From an uncultured Candidatus Saccharibacteria bacterium (GTDB lineage Bacteria; Patescibacteriota; Minisyncoccia; Phycocordibacterales; UBA918), in NCBI GenBank assembly GCA_964402035.1, contig CAYOAM010000002.1, positions 106,111 to 170,110 on the forward strand: a stretch of DNA of 64,000 nt. The letters are read 5' to 3'. Made by a program: the position numbers and the translations under genes. Of this stretch, positions 28,399 through 37,960 are shown piece by piece; the stretch's first letter is position 1, and each line of letters starts with the position of its first letter. The notes beneath the pieces were generated by a model, which saw only the letters and a program-made list of their open reading frames with translations, ran no database searches and had not been told where the DNA came from.

Positions 28399-30597
28399 CT
28401 AATTTGCAGGTTTCTTACCCGATTTAAGCTGCGCAATGTATCCGTCGCCTTGTTCTTTAAAATCAGGGAAATCTTTAGTTGCTTGTTCCAATATCTCGAT
28501 CGCTGTAGCAGTATCTCCACTCTCATTATGTGCAACCGCCAACGATACGCGTGTCTGCAAGTCGTTTGGATTCTTGGTTACACGGACACCCAGAATATCT
28601 TTAATGAGATCAAATCGCTTCGTATCATATGCTGCGCGCAATACAAAGTCGTTTTGATAGTAGGTATCTTTATAATCAGGAATATTGAGCTCGTTAAATA
28701 GAGCGTCATTTTTATCATACAGAGCAGCTGCCATGTAGAACATGCGAGCGTTACTGTAGTTTGGTGCAAGATCGTATGCCTTCTTAAAAGTAGCAACTGC
28801 AGATGGAATGTCATTGAGTTGTAGATGTGCCAAACCCTTCTCAAATAGAATCTGTTGCTTATTTGGAGAAAGAGCGAGCGCAGCATTCAATTCTTCTAAG
28901 GCATGCTTTGGGTCACCGGTCAGACGATAAAATGAACTAATGAACACACGTATACGCGCATCGTCAGGAGTATCAGAAATTTGGTTCACCAATTCTTCTT
29001 CAGTCTTTTTCTTAAACTTTGCCTTGTCAGCATCGGGCAAACCTTGCTGCTGTAGCGCTTCTTGTGTCACCCGTGTCAATTGTTCACGAATTTCTTGATT
29101 ACCGAATGAATTGCGGGACAGTGCGCGATCAAATGCGGCCAAGCGTAAATCAACTGTTTGTTCTTGAAAACCTCCTATAATGTCCGAAGCAGCCAAAAGT
29201 GCAGGCACATTGAGTACGTAGATACCGAACAATAACACCACACCCGCAACCGGCATAAAAATGTTATCAATGACTACCTTAGAGACCGCCGTCTTTTCAA
29301 AAGACGGCATTGCTACGCTCACGCGCGTATGGATGAGTGCGAGAATGGTGCCATAAAAGAGATAGCTGATTATGTTGTCGAATACAAACAAGTTATGGAA
29401 CATATATCCCGCCAAGAGACCAAGGAGTACCCCTTGTTCAGTGACTGAAAATTCACCCACATCAGCAATGCCCTTCCACGAGCGTATGCGTGGTCGAATC
29501 GCAACGTAATAGATCGCTGAAAAATAGATAGCAAAATATGCAACGAAGCCAAGTACCCCTCCTGCGATGAGCCAGTCAAAAAAGATATTATGCACGCGAT
29601 CAAACCACGGCTCTTCACCATGAAGACGAGGATCATAATTTTGATTGAACACATAATTAAAATTCTCTTGACCCCACCCAAGGACTGGGCGTTCCTTCAC
29701 ACCCTCCCAAGCCATATTCCAAATTACCAAACGAGTATCAAGCGAACGAAGAGAGAATGCCGAGGCTATACGCGCAAGTGCTTCATTGTTTTGCACAAAT
29801 GAGCTCGTACGCGCGACATAGAGCGTCCCCACAAGGACGACGACTAGCAGCAACAATCCGGCGGCATAATTTCGTATGCGGACAGCCCCTGCTGAAAAAA
29901 GCGCTATGTAGGACGCAGCGACACCTAACCCCACCACAAGACCTCCAAACGTACCACGAGTAGCTGTCTGATAGAGCAAGTATGCAAAAATCAGAGCAAA
30001 TCCTATGTACAGGCGTTGCATATTTTTTGAGGTCGCACGTACGGAGAGATATCCTGCAATAAAGACATGAAAGAGCATGTAGATGGCGAAATATGCAGCG
30101 TTGCCAAGCGTTGCATCGACACGCACCCCTCCCTGATTAATTTGAATTGCCCCGCCCAACTGTGCAAATGCATAAATGGATACCAGTGAAGCCGCTGCTA
30201 TAGTCGTGTTGAGGAAATAATTCCACAATTTCTGCGTATTCAAGATATGTGCCGCAGCGAGTACATAGAGTCCAACATGAAAAATAGCAACAAAGCCTTC
30301 CATGCGCTCGAAGTTGCTCCAGAGACTTTTTTGCGTATTAATACCCGAGAGATCAGCAGCGAGAATAATACCCAACCATGACAGTACCGCAACTAGAATA
30401 TACGAAAAACGCGGTCGGTATTTTGGCTCATACAGAGCAAGCATTGCCCACGCAACAAAGACAACCTCTACAACTACTCGGAAAATAAAATTCTTTCCGG
30501 TGATGAATGGAAAGAATAAAGAGTTAGTAACAACCAATGGTAAAAATGGGAGAACAAAAATACCTGCAAGGGCAACCGATCGTAGTAAATCTTTCAT
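28399..30597 (-). CDS. O-antigen-ligase (Wzy_C)-family membrane protein with C-terminal TPR repeats; possible oligosaccharyltransferase
   Basis: About 12 TM helices; TLGNAAY, TATRG, R..IW, RPVLGWG.ENF, DRVHN; TPR-like helices at the C-terminus. Confidence 0.88.
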   Translation of the reverse strand: MKDLLRSVALAGIFVLPFLPLVVTNSLFFPFITGKNFIFRVVVEVVFVAWAMLALYEPKYRPRFSYILVAVLSWLGIILAADLSGINTQKSLWSNFERMEGFVAIFHVGLYVLAAAHILNTQKLWNYFLNTTIAAASLVSIYAFAQLGGAIQINQGGVRVDATLGNAAYFAIYMLFHVFIAGYLSVRATSKNMQRLYIGFALIFAYLLYQTATRGTFGGLVVGLGVAASYIALFSAGAVRIRNYAAGLLLLVVVLVGTLYVARTSSFVQNNEALARIASAFSLRSLDTRLVIWNMAWEGVKERPVLGWGQENFNYVFNQNYDPRLHGEEPWFDRVHNIFFDWLIAGGVLGFVAYFAIYFSAIYYVAIRPRIRSWKGIADVGEFSVTEQGVLLGLLAGYMFHNLFVFDNIISYLFYGTILALIHTRVSVAMPSFEKTAVSKVVIDNIFMPVAGVVLLFGIYVLNVPALLAASDIIGGFQEQTVDLRLAAFDRALSRNSFGNQEIREQLTRVTQEALQQQGLPDADKAKFKKKTEEELVNQISDTPDDARIRVFISSFYRLTGDPKHALEELNAALALSPNKQQILFEKGLAHLQLNDIPSAVATFKKAYDLAPNYSNARMFYMAAALYDKNDALFNELNIPDYKDTYYQNDFVLRAAYDTKRFDLIKDILGVRVTKNPNDLQTRVSLAVAHNESGDTATAIEILEQATKDFPDFKEQGDGYIAQLKSGKKPAN

Positions 30598-30680
30598 ACG
30601 GGTGAAACTATACCATTCTGGATTTCTAAAGACCAGCGCAGTTAGAATACATCAAGTTAGAGCACGTTTTATGACACTCA

Positions 30681-31142
30681 TCAAGATGTAAATCGCTTTA
30701 AAAGTTCTGAACTCGATTGCACCTTCCCACCACGGCCGACATTAAATACCATTTCTATACCATGTGCACGACACACATCGGTTTCGGGAATATCTTTTTC
30801 ACTTTTGCGATCGCCACCATTTGCAAAAATAGCAGGCTGTATGACTTCAAGTGCTTCGGATACATCACTACGCTCTGATTCCAAAATGTATGTCTCATCA
30901 ACACATGAAAACCCTTCAATAATTTCCGCTCGTTCATCCTGCGGCATAAAAGCTTTTCCCTTTTTCCGAACCAACCAAGAATCACCGTTGAGTATGACAA
31001 CAAGCTTTCCTTCAACACCCACGAGCGCTTTGGCCTCTTCGAACATCCGCAGATGTCCGACATGTACTGGATCAAAACCTCCACTCACAGCAACGGTCTT
31101 ACCAGAATGTTCTTTCGTGGATCGTTTATGGTAATAGCTCAT
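30681..31142 (-). CDS. Cytidylyltransferase-like (HxGH) nucleotidyltransferase
   Basis: SGGFDPVHVGH, KKGKAFMPQDER, SSS motifs. Confidence 0.88.
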   Translation of the reverse strand: MSYYHKRSTKEHSGKTVAVSGGFDPVHVGHLRMFEEAKALVGVEGKLVVILNGDSWLVRKKGKAFMPQDERAEIIEGFSCVDETYILESERSDVSEALEVIQPAIFANGGDRKSEKDIPETDVCRAHGIEMVFNVGRGGKVQSSSELLKRFTS

Positions 31143-31211
31143 ATAGAGTATCGTACCAGTTTAAAACTACTCCAGAAAATCAAAGGTTCCAAGTTTAGTT
31201 AAAAATTAAAC

Positions 31212-31976
31212 TCACAGACCTTCGTTCCCTCCTTTCTCCTTTTTCCAGAACTCAATCAGCGCTTCTGCAAGATAGAAGTCGAGCATAGTATTGATATCAA
31301 CTGACCGCTCACCGGGTACGACATACGGACGTGTCACGATATCATCGGCACCATAGAGTTTTTTGTGCACCATCACAATATCGCGTTTTGATGCATACAC
31401 TGCCCCATTGCGCTTATAGACCGGCATAAGTTTTTGTCGTGTATTTTCTGTCTCATGATAATTTTCGACATACTGCATGAGGCGATCATCTTCGGTAATT
31501 CGCTTTGCTTTTGCGGGATGATGTTCATTGACTTCATAGACACTCATCACTGAATCAGCACCTGTTTCCACGAGCTTTTGCAGTGCACCATCAATATCTT
31601 CGGTTGTCGTAAATGGTGTCGTTGGTTGGAGCATGACCACATGATCAAAGCGAATGCCTTCGAGCGCCTCCAGGGTCTCGACCGCATGCTCGATAACAGG
31701 AAGTGACGGACTTTTGTCTTGCGCCAATTCAGGTGGGCGTTTCAAAGCATGTACTCGATCACCGCCAAGCTGGCGTGACACTTCCAAAATCTCATCATCA
31801 TCTGAAGATACAACTAATTTTGTAATCCACGCACTCTGCGACGCAGCCTCAATCATGTAGCCAATGAGTGGCTTGCCACCCAATGGTCTAATATTTTTTC
31901 TTGGTACACCTTTTGAACCACCTCGAGCGGTGATGATCGCAATAATAGCGGGGCGCTTATTATATTCTTTATCCAT
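31212..31976 (-). CDS. neuA: CMP-nonulosonic acid (acylneuraminate) cytidylyltransferase
   Basis: ARGGSKGVPRKN, LQPTTPF, NGAVY, SVDIN. Confidence 0.9.
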   Translation of the reverse strand: MDKEYNKRPAIIAIITARGGSKGVPRKNIRPLGGKPLIGYMIEAASQSAWITKLVVSSDDDEILEVSRQLGGDRVHALKRPPELAQDKSPSLPVIEHAVETLEALEGIRFDHVVMLQPTTPFTTTEDIDGALQKLVETGADSVMSVYEVNEHHPAKAKRITEDDRLMQYVENYHETENTRQKLMPVYKRNGAVYASKRDIVMVHKKLYGADDIVTRPYVVPGERSVDINTMLDFYLAEALIEFWKKEKGGNEGL

Positions 31977-31979
31977 AGA

Positions 31980-32927
31980 TTAATGAGTAGCGAGATACGC
32001 TGATAATTTTTTTGCCATAAAAACGTCAGTGCCAATGCGTGAATCATGTGTCAAGCCGCCGGTATGTGGAACGATAATACAATTCTGATGTACTTTAGCG
32101 TATTCAACAAGTGGGTGATTTTTAAACTCTTTCAATAGATCGAGTTCGTGAGCCAATACATCAGTGGCGTAGCCACCAAGCGTTCCCGCTTCTAGCGCAC
32201 GCAACACTGCCGCTTCATCTACAATTTCACCACGTGACGTATTGATAAGTACGGCTGATGGCTTCATCTTTTGTAAGACCTCCTTTGTAAAAAGTCCTTG
32301 CGTATCATCCTTAAGATGCACATGGATTGAAATCGCATCACTTTCCTTGAGCAGTGTCTCAAAATCTACTTTAGTATATTGTGGAAACTCTTCGGGAGAT
32401 ACGTTAGGGTCGCAGAATATAATACGCATACCCCAGCCTGCCGCACCACGTGCAACAATTCTTCCTAAACGTCCCATTCCCAAAATACCAAGTGTCTTGC
32501 CCGACAGGCTTCTGCCACGAAATTCCTCGAGATGCAGTTCATGCCGCTGTATCGAAGCAAATGCCCATGGGTTGTATCGATAGAGATCTATCAGTAAACC
32601 AAATGCGAGCTCCGCTGTACTCGTGATGGTGTTTAAAAATTCATTTTCGCCACGAAGTGATAACACTTCGATACCTCGATCTTTTGCTGATATAAGATCG
32701 AGGTGATTGAGACCCGTGGTAGCCGTTGCGACAGCTCGCAAATTCGCTCCGTTTTTAAGCACCGTATCGTTTACCGAAAGTCCGATACGCACAAAGAGCG
32801 CGTCATACTCAGAAATCCGCGCCTCGAGTTCTTCTTGGGTAAGTTGTACATAATCAACTTCGCCTAGTGCATCAAGCACTGGTCGAGCTTCCGGCGAGAA
32901 ATCAGCAACAGCACAGAGAATCTTCAT
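31980..32927 (-). CDS. D-isomer-specific 2-hydroxyacid dehydrogenase
   Basis: GMGRLG, LINTSRGEIVDE, DVL..E, PHTGG. Confidence 0.9.
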   Translation of the reverse strand: MKILCAVADFSPEARPVLDALGEVDYVQLTQEELEARISEYDALFVRIGLSVNDTVLKNGANLRAVATATTGLNHLDLISAKDRGIEVLSLRGENEFLNTITSTAELAFGLLIDLYRYNPWAFASIQRHELHLEEFRGRSLSGKTLGILGMGRLGRIVARGAAGWGMRIIFCDPNVSPEEFPQYTKVDFETLLKESDAISIHVHLKDDTQGLFTKEVLQKMKPSAVLINTSRGEIVDEAAVLRALEAGTLGGYATDVLAHELDLLKEFKNHPLVEYAKVHQNCIIVPHTGGLTHDSRIGTDVFMAKKLSAYLATH

Positions 32928-32930
32928 ACC

Positions 32931-33055
32931 TAGAACATGTTTAAAAACCCATCTACTTCGTTGTCTGCGTCGCTCAAACCACTCATCGTATATCGAATAC
33001 TCGTCGGGTTCTCGCTTCTTGACGCCTCGTATCTGTAGTTTTTATCCATGTTCTA
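32931..33055. mobile_element. 125-bp TA-bounded imperfect palindromic MITE-like element (ERIC/RPE-type architecture)
   Basis: Terminal inverted repeats TAGAACATGttTAAAAAC / GTTTTTAtcCATGTTCTA (16 of 18 match); fills the intergenic gap and supplies the neuB TAG stop. Confidence 0.7.
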
Positions 33056-34042
33056 TAAAGCTGACACTTCTTCCCAGTTGTAGATCCACTGATCTTCTGC
33101 GGGGCTCGTCTGATCTTTCTTAGGACTTGCAAATCGGCCGCGGTAATAGTCACGATTTAGTAATTCGACATCGGTCATTGCGCGAGTCTCAGTCCCAATC
33201 ATGACTTCCCAATCTGGACGCTTGGCTAGAATCTGTGCTTTTTGTTCATCCTTCGAGAGTTTGCGAAAATCAGAAAGTTCTTTTAGGAGCATTGGCGTCA
33301 TCGACACCGGACCATCTTTTGTCTCACTAGGAGCAAGTACCGTGTAGTGTCGTTCAACATAATCAGCACCAAGCATGATCGCGGTCTTAGCGGCGATGAT
33401 GTCATTGTCTTCAATCTTGGTGTGATCCGACCATCCAACTTCGGGAGTGTACTGCCGCAGCCACTCCATGCGTGCAAGATTGCACATGGGAAGTGTATTT
33501 GGGTAACTCGTCACACAGTGAAGAAACACAAAACGCTTGCCGAGCTCTTTCATGAGCGCAGCGGTTTTTTCTATCTCTTCATCAAACGTTGCGCCGGTTG
33601 AAATAATAAAATTATCAAAGTGTTCAGCGAGTTCACGCAGCAGTGGGTAGGATGCACAGTCATAGCTAGGCACCTTGATCCAACTTCCCTTCCAGGAAAG
33701 TTTTGCGACATCCTTGATTCTGTGACGCGCAAAAATAGCGGTAAGCGGGATAACATTATTCGCAACACAGGTATCAATAAAAAACTGGTGATCGTCAATG
33801 GAGAGATCGAGCTTTGAAAGACGGTCGACTTCGGCTTGATATGGTCGTTTGATCGCGGTCTGCTTCCCTGTGGAGTCCACCGTCCCTTCCTCAAAACGCT
33901 CACGCTTGGTGACATCCGCTGACCATATCGACTGCATCTTGACCATGTCTGCACCATTCTCTGCTGCGGACTTTATCATCGCTGCCAATGTCTCACGAGA
34001 TCCATTATGGTTTTGGCACACCTCGGCAATTATTTTTGTCAT
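33053..34042 (-). CDS. neuB: NeuB-family nonulosonic acid synthase
   Basis: IIAEVCQNHNGS, IKVPS, IISTG, LHCVTSYP, GWSDHT, ERHYT; likely start MTKII at 34042. Confidence 0.88.
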   Translation of the reverse strand: MTKIIAEVCQNHNGSRETLAAMIKSAAENGADMVKMQSIWSADVTKRERFEEGTVDSTGKQTAIKRPYQAEVDRLSKLDLSIDDHQFFIDTCVANNVIPLTAIFARHRIKDVAKLSWKGSWIKVPSYDCASYPLLRELAEHFDNFIISTGATFDEEIEKTAALMKELGKRFVFLHCVTSYPNTLPMCNLARMEWLRQYTPEVGWSDHTKIEDNDIIAAKTAIMLGADYVERHYTVLAPSETKDGPVSMTPMLLKELSDFRKLSKDEQKAQILAKRPDWEVMIGTETRAMTDVELLNRDYYRGRFASPKKDQTSPAEDQWIYNWEEVSAL

Positions 34043-34115
34043 ATTACTTCTAACCATTATGTGACGATAAACGTTGCTTAACGGTACCAAAAAACAAGCC
34101 TTAAAACAACCGCCA

Positions 34116-35285
34116 CTATTTTGCCAGAAATCGATCGGCCATAAGTTGTGCCGACACAGTATTTCCGTTCATAGTACCCCAACGAGACGCGATTTCATCG
34201 CACACTTTTGTACTCTGCTCACGCAACGCGCCCCCCTCCTTGAGAATATCTGCAAGTGGCTGTCCCTCATATACTAGACCAATACCCAGACCAGCCACGG
34301 CGCGATTATTAAAATAGATTTCGGGATCATCTGTTGGATCAAATTTTGGTACTACAAGTGGTGTACCACAAAACATTGAGAGCCAAATAGAGCCCCATCC
34401 TGCACGCGCAAATTGAAACTGTATAGCCGGATTTGGAATGATATGCGGCAATGCTTTTGTCGCACCCTCTACAGCCGTAGTGTCATTTGAATACAAACGC
34501 AAACCTAGCTCTCGTGCTTCTTTATATAGCCGTTCAAGTCCCTCAATGCCGGTAATTGTCACGAAAATACCATCCTCCATTTTTTCAGTACTCGCTTTTG
34601 GAAGGTCGGTAATTGGTGGGACTAAAACCTCACCTGCATAACGCGGAGCATAGGCCTGTTGATCCCACGAAAATGTTGCAGGATACGCCATGAGGTTCAT
34701 ATTTTGCTTGCCTTCGATACTATCGGCCAAAGCGACACCTTGCTTGAGTAGTGCTGGATCAACATCAATAGCATCTCGACCGACCACGAGCGATTGTTCT
34801 AATATTTCTGCAATGTAACCAAAGGTTGTTGAATACGACGGAGCGATATCATAGCGAATACGCGGACTACGATTGATTTCAAGTACGATATTATTCCCAT
34901 CAACGATATGCTTTTCTCCGCCAAAGGTTTCGACCTCAAATGAGTTTTGTAAATGTGTATGTGCTTCATTGCCCACACGATCAGCGTTCTCTATCCAAAA
35001 CTGTAATGTCTCTTCGTACTTTGCTTTTCCGGTATAAAAGATTGACTTCAAGAGAGCTCCCAAAACAGGGACAAGCAAGATTTCTAGAGGATAAGTTGCA
35101 ATATGCGCCCCAAACTCTTCGAGCATGATTGCTTTCTGCTTCTCTCCATACACCCATGGAACGATAACCGGCATCCGCTGTTGCCCACGCTTTTCTAGTT
35201 CGTCGTTAAATGCAATAGCTAACTCGGTGGTGCGCAGGTATGGTCCCGTACCGTAGGCGAAGTTGGTGACAATATAACGAGACAT
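34116..35285 (-). CDS. Hypothetical protein, possibly GT-B fold
   Basis: Long ORF within the operon; ARAGWGSIW...TPLVV.P resembles the C-terminal nucleotide-binding motif of GT-B enzymes. Confidence 0.5.
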   Translation of the reverse strand: MSRYIVTNFAYGTGPYLRTTELAIAFNDELEKRGQQRMPVIVPWVYGEKQKAIMLEEFGAHIATYPLEILLVPVLGALLKSIFYTGKAKYEETLQFWIENADRVGNEAHTHLQNSFEVETFGGEKHIVDGNNIVLEINRSPRIRYDIAPSYSTTFGYIAEILEQSLVVGRDAIDVDPALLKQGVALADSIEGKQNMNLMAYPATFSWDQQAYAPRYAGEVLVPPITDLPKASTEKMEDGIFVTITGIEGLERLYKEARELGLRLYSNDTTAVEGATKALPHIIPNPAIQFQFARAGWGSIWLSMFCGTPLVVPKFDPTDDPEIYFNNRAVAGLGIGLVYEGQPLADILKEGGALREQSTKVCDEIASRWGTMNGNTVSAQLMADRFLAK

Positions 35286-35289
35286 ACGA

Positions 35290-37026
35290 CTATAATCGAC
35301 GATAGGTTACGTTCGGAACATGTGCCAACGCATCCTTTTCAAAAAGTGCCCATGTATCGATAAAGAGCACTGATCGTGTGCCTTTTTTCAAAAGTGTACG
35401 GAGATCGAAACGCTCAAAATCTTCATGATTATTCATCACCAAGACGACTGCTGCATCTTTGAATCCGTGCGCTGGAGATTTTACGTGTTTCACCCCGAGG
35501 GCCTCAATCTGCTCGGCAGCAACAACCGGATCAAAACCATGGATGTTGGTGTACCCCATATCGGTCAGCTTTCGAACCAATGCGACGGTCGTTGACCCGC
35601 GCATGTCAGATGTTGCTGGTCGTCCCTTAAATGCAAATCCGAGTACAAAAATCTTTGTTTGTTTTTTTCGTGCATACTCTTCGCCAAGAAATTCAAGGAC
35701 GTCGTCCCCAAGCTGCGTCAGTATGTCTTCGTTAGCCTGACGTGCCGAGCGTGCGATGTTTGGAATATATCCTTTTTCACGTGCACCATGCATCAAGATG
35801 TACGGGTCTTTCTCGAGACAATACCCCCCAACACCCGGTGACGGTTTTGGCACATTACTGCGCGGATAGCCCATATTTGCCGCACGAATTACTTCGTTGG
35901 TATCAATACCCCATTTCTGACAAATCAGCGAAACTTCATTCGCAAAACCAAACATCACATCGCGATACGTATTGTTGATGAGCTTTACCATTTCAGCTTC
36001 TTCAAGTGTATCGACTATGAGTGTCGAATTTGTCATCCGCCCAAAAAGCGCAGCAGCCGCAGTTGCACTCGCACGATTGATGCCACCAATGACTTGTGGA
36101 AGTGTACGGAGTTCTTGAAGCGCCTTCCCTTCTATCGTGCGCTCCGGAGCAAACGCAACAAAAAAATCTTCCCCCGCGACAAGTCCTGATTTCTTTTCCA
36201 AAAGCGGGATGACGACTGAACGAGTAGTACCCAATGGTACGGTGGAGCGGAGCACGACAAGATCACCCCGCTTCAACGCACCACCAATCGTATTCGTAGC
36301 AGCCTTAAGATGATCCAATTGCGGACGTTTCTTCGCATCAAGCGGGGTCCCCACTGCGATAAAATACACTTCACATTTATTTTTTTCATCAAAATTATCG
36401 ACCATCTTAAAGCGATTGCCGCCATATTGGCGCAAGAGTGGTGGCAGACCATCTTCAAAAAATGGCGCCTGCTTTGCTTTGATTTTTTTCTTCACCTCAG
36501 GATTGGTATCAAATGCATGTACGTCAAATCCCAAATCGGCAAATGTAAGGCCGAGTGTAAGCCCTACATACCCAAGTCCCAAAACACCGATGCGCTTGTA
36601 AGAAACATCACTACCATGCCACACATCAAAAAACGAAAGTACATTGAGCACTCGCTTTTTTGCATCAACAATTATTATTTTTTCAAGTCGTGTCTTATGC
36701 AATTGTTCATCACGAACCTTACTTGTGACCAAAGCAATGATTTCAGTATTTGAAAGTGGTCCCTCGATAACAAACGGCTTTGCATTCATAATCTCAGTAA
36801 CTGGCGCATCAAATGAAATCGAATCGGCTAAGGCACGATTGAGGTCACCATGAGTGATAATACCCAAAAGGACATTATCCTTCCCAACGACAAGAGCGAT
36901 GCCAGCAGGAAATCCTGTTTTTGCTGGTTTATGCGTGGCAAAAAGTCGAACCACGTCTTGTACGGTCGATTTCGGCGAAAGGCTGATGGCGGCCAAATCC
37001 TCTGCTGTTTTGATATCTGGTTTCAT
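35290..37026 (-). CDS. CBS-domain + nucleotide-sugar 6-dehydrogenase fusion (WecC/WbpO family)
   Basis: N-terminal LLGIITHGDLNRAL (CBS); GLGYVG, APER, KLINN, GGYCL.KDP, FKG...SDMR. Confidence 0.9.
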   Translation of the reverse strand: MKPDIKTAEDLAAISLSPKSTVQDVVRLFATHKPAKTGFPAGIALVVGKDNVLLGIITHGDLNRALADSISFDAPVTEIMNAKPFVIEGPLSNTEIIALVTSKVRDEQLHKTRLEKIIIVDAKKRVLNVLSFFDVWHGSDVSYKRIGVLGLGYVGLTLGLTFADLGFDVHAFDTNPEVKKKIKAKQAPFFEDGLPPLLRQYGGNRFKMVDNFDEKNKCEVYFIAVGTPLDAKKRPQLDHLKAATNTIGGALKRGDLVVLRSTVPLGTTRSVVIPLLEKKSGLVAGEDFFVAFAPERTIEGKALQELRTLPQVIGGINRASATAAAALFGRMTNSTLIVDTLEEAEMVKLINNTYRDVMFGFANEVSLICQKWGIDTNEVIRAANMGYPRSNVPKPSPGVGGYCLEKDPYILMHGAREKGYIPNIARSARQANEDILTQLGDDVLEFLGEEYARKKQTKIFVLGFAFKGRPATSDMRGSTTVALVRKLTDMGYTNIHGFDPVVAAEQIEALGVKHVKSPAHGFKDAAVVLVMNNHEDFERFDLRTLLKKGTRSVLFIDTWALFEKDALAHVPNVTYRRL

Positions 37027-37116
37027 AAGAATGGTGTATACAGCCTATAACCTATAGAGATATGGATCTGTTACAGGGGAAAACCGATTAAAACATAGGG
37101 GGGCCGAAACGACAAC

Positions 37117-37944
37117 TTATTTGGTTCCAACCAAAAAATGAGACTGTGCAAACAGGGCATTGGTTTTGTACGGATATTTTTGGAATATACGTCTTAAACG
37201 GACAATGAACAAGAAGAACTTGGTGAGTGCGCGATCAGTAGTCATGCGTATCGGAATAAAAAATGGGAATGGAAATGTGCGCATCGTATACACGTCTTTG
37301 AATCCTGCACCCTTTGCCAGTACCTCATAGTTTTTTGGTGTAAGACTATTTCTAAAATAGTCCTTCCGAACGTCACCATGGTAGGTACCCAATAACTTTT
37401 TCACCGTACGCATGACAATATTAAGGTATTGTATTGAAAATTTCTTCGGTATATTGAGCGACACCATAACACCGTTGGGGCGCAAGATGCGGTATTGCTC
37501 TTTAAGTAACGCTTCGATCTCATGCCCTTCAAAATGTTCAGCAAGTCCAATCGATACTACCGCATCAAAACTATTGTCAGGGAAATGGGTCTTGAGTACG
37601 TCCTCGACAAAAAACTCAGCGTCAAGGTTATGCTGTTTAAATTCAGCTTTCGCGAGCACGATAGCACTTTCGACATTATCAAGCAGTGATACTTTGAGAC
37701 CCATATGCTTGCGCATATAGAGACCAATCGTGCCGCGACCACAACCGATCTCAAGAACATCGTGTGCCTTGTGTGCAAGAAGCTCGTGCTTGATCCACTC
37801 AAAGTAATGAAAGAGATTGAACTGCCGTTGTGTCTGCGGCATATTGCCAACATCAACAAAAATAGATTTTTCTTCGGTATTGTCTCTACCCTTGTCTTCT
37901 TCATTGATAGAAGACCACTTCGCGTCAAATGCAGGCTCACTCAT
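37117..37944 (-). CDS. Class I SAM-dependent methyltransferase
   Basis: VLEIGCGRG, FDAVVS, LRPNG. Confidence 0.9.
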   Translation of the reverse strand: MSEPAFDAKWSSINEEDKGRDNTEEKSIFVDVGNMPQTQRQFNLFHYFEWIKHELLAHKAHDVLEIGCGRGTIGLYMRKHMGLKVSLLDNVESAIVLAKAEFKQHNLDAEFFVEDVLKTHFPDNSFDAVVSIGLAEHFEGHEIEALLKEQYRILRPNGVMVSLNIPKKFSIQYLNIVMRTVKKLLGTYHGDVRKDYFRNSLTPKNYEVLAKGAGFKDVYTMRTFPFPFFIPIRMTTDRALTKFFLFIVRLRRIFQKYPYKTNALFAQSHFLVGTK

Positions 37945-37960
37945 AGATCACTATACTACC

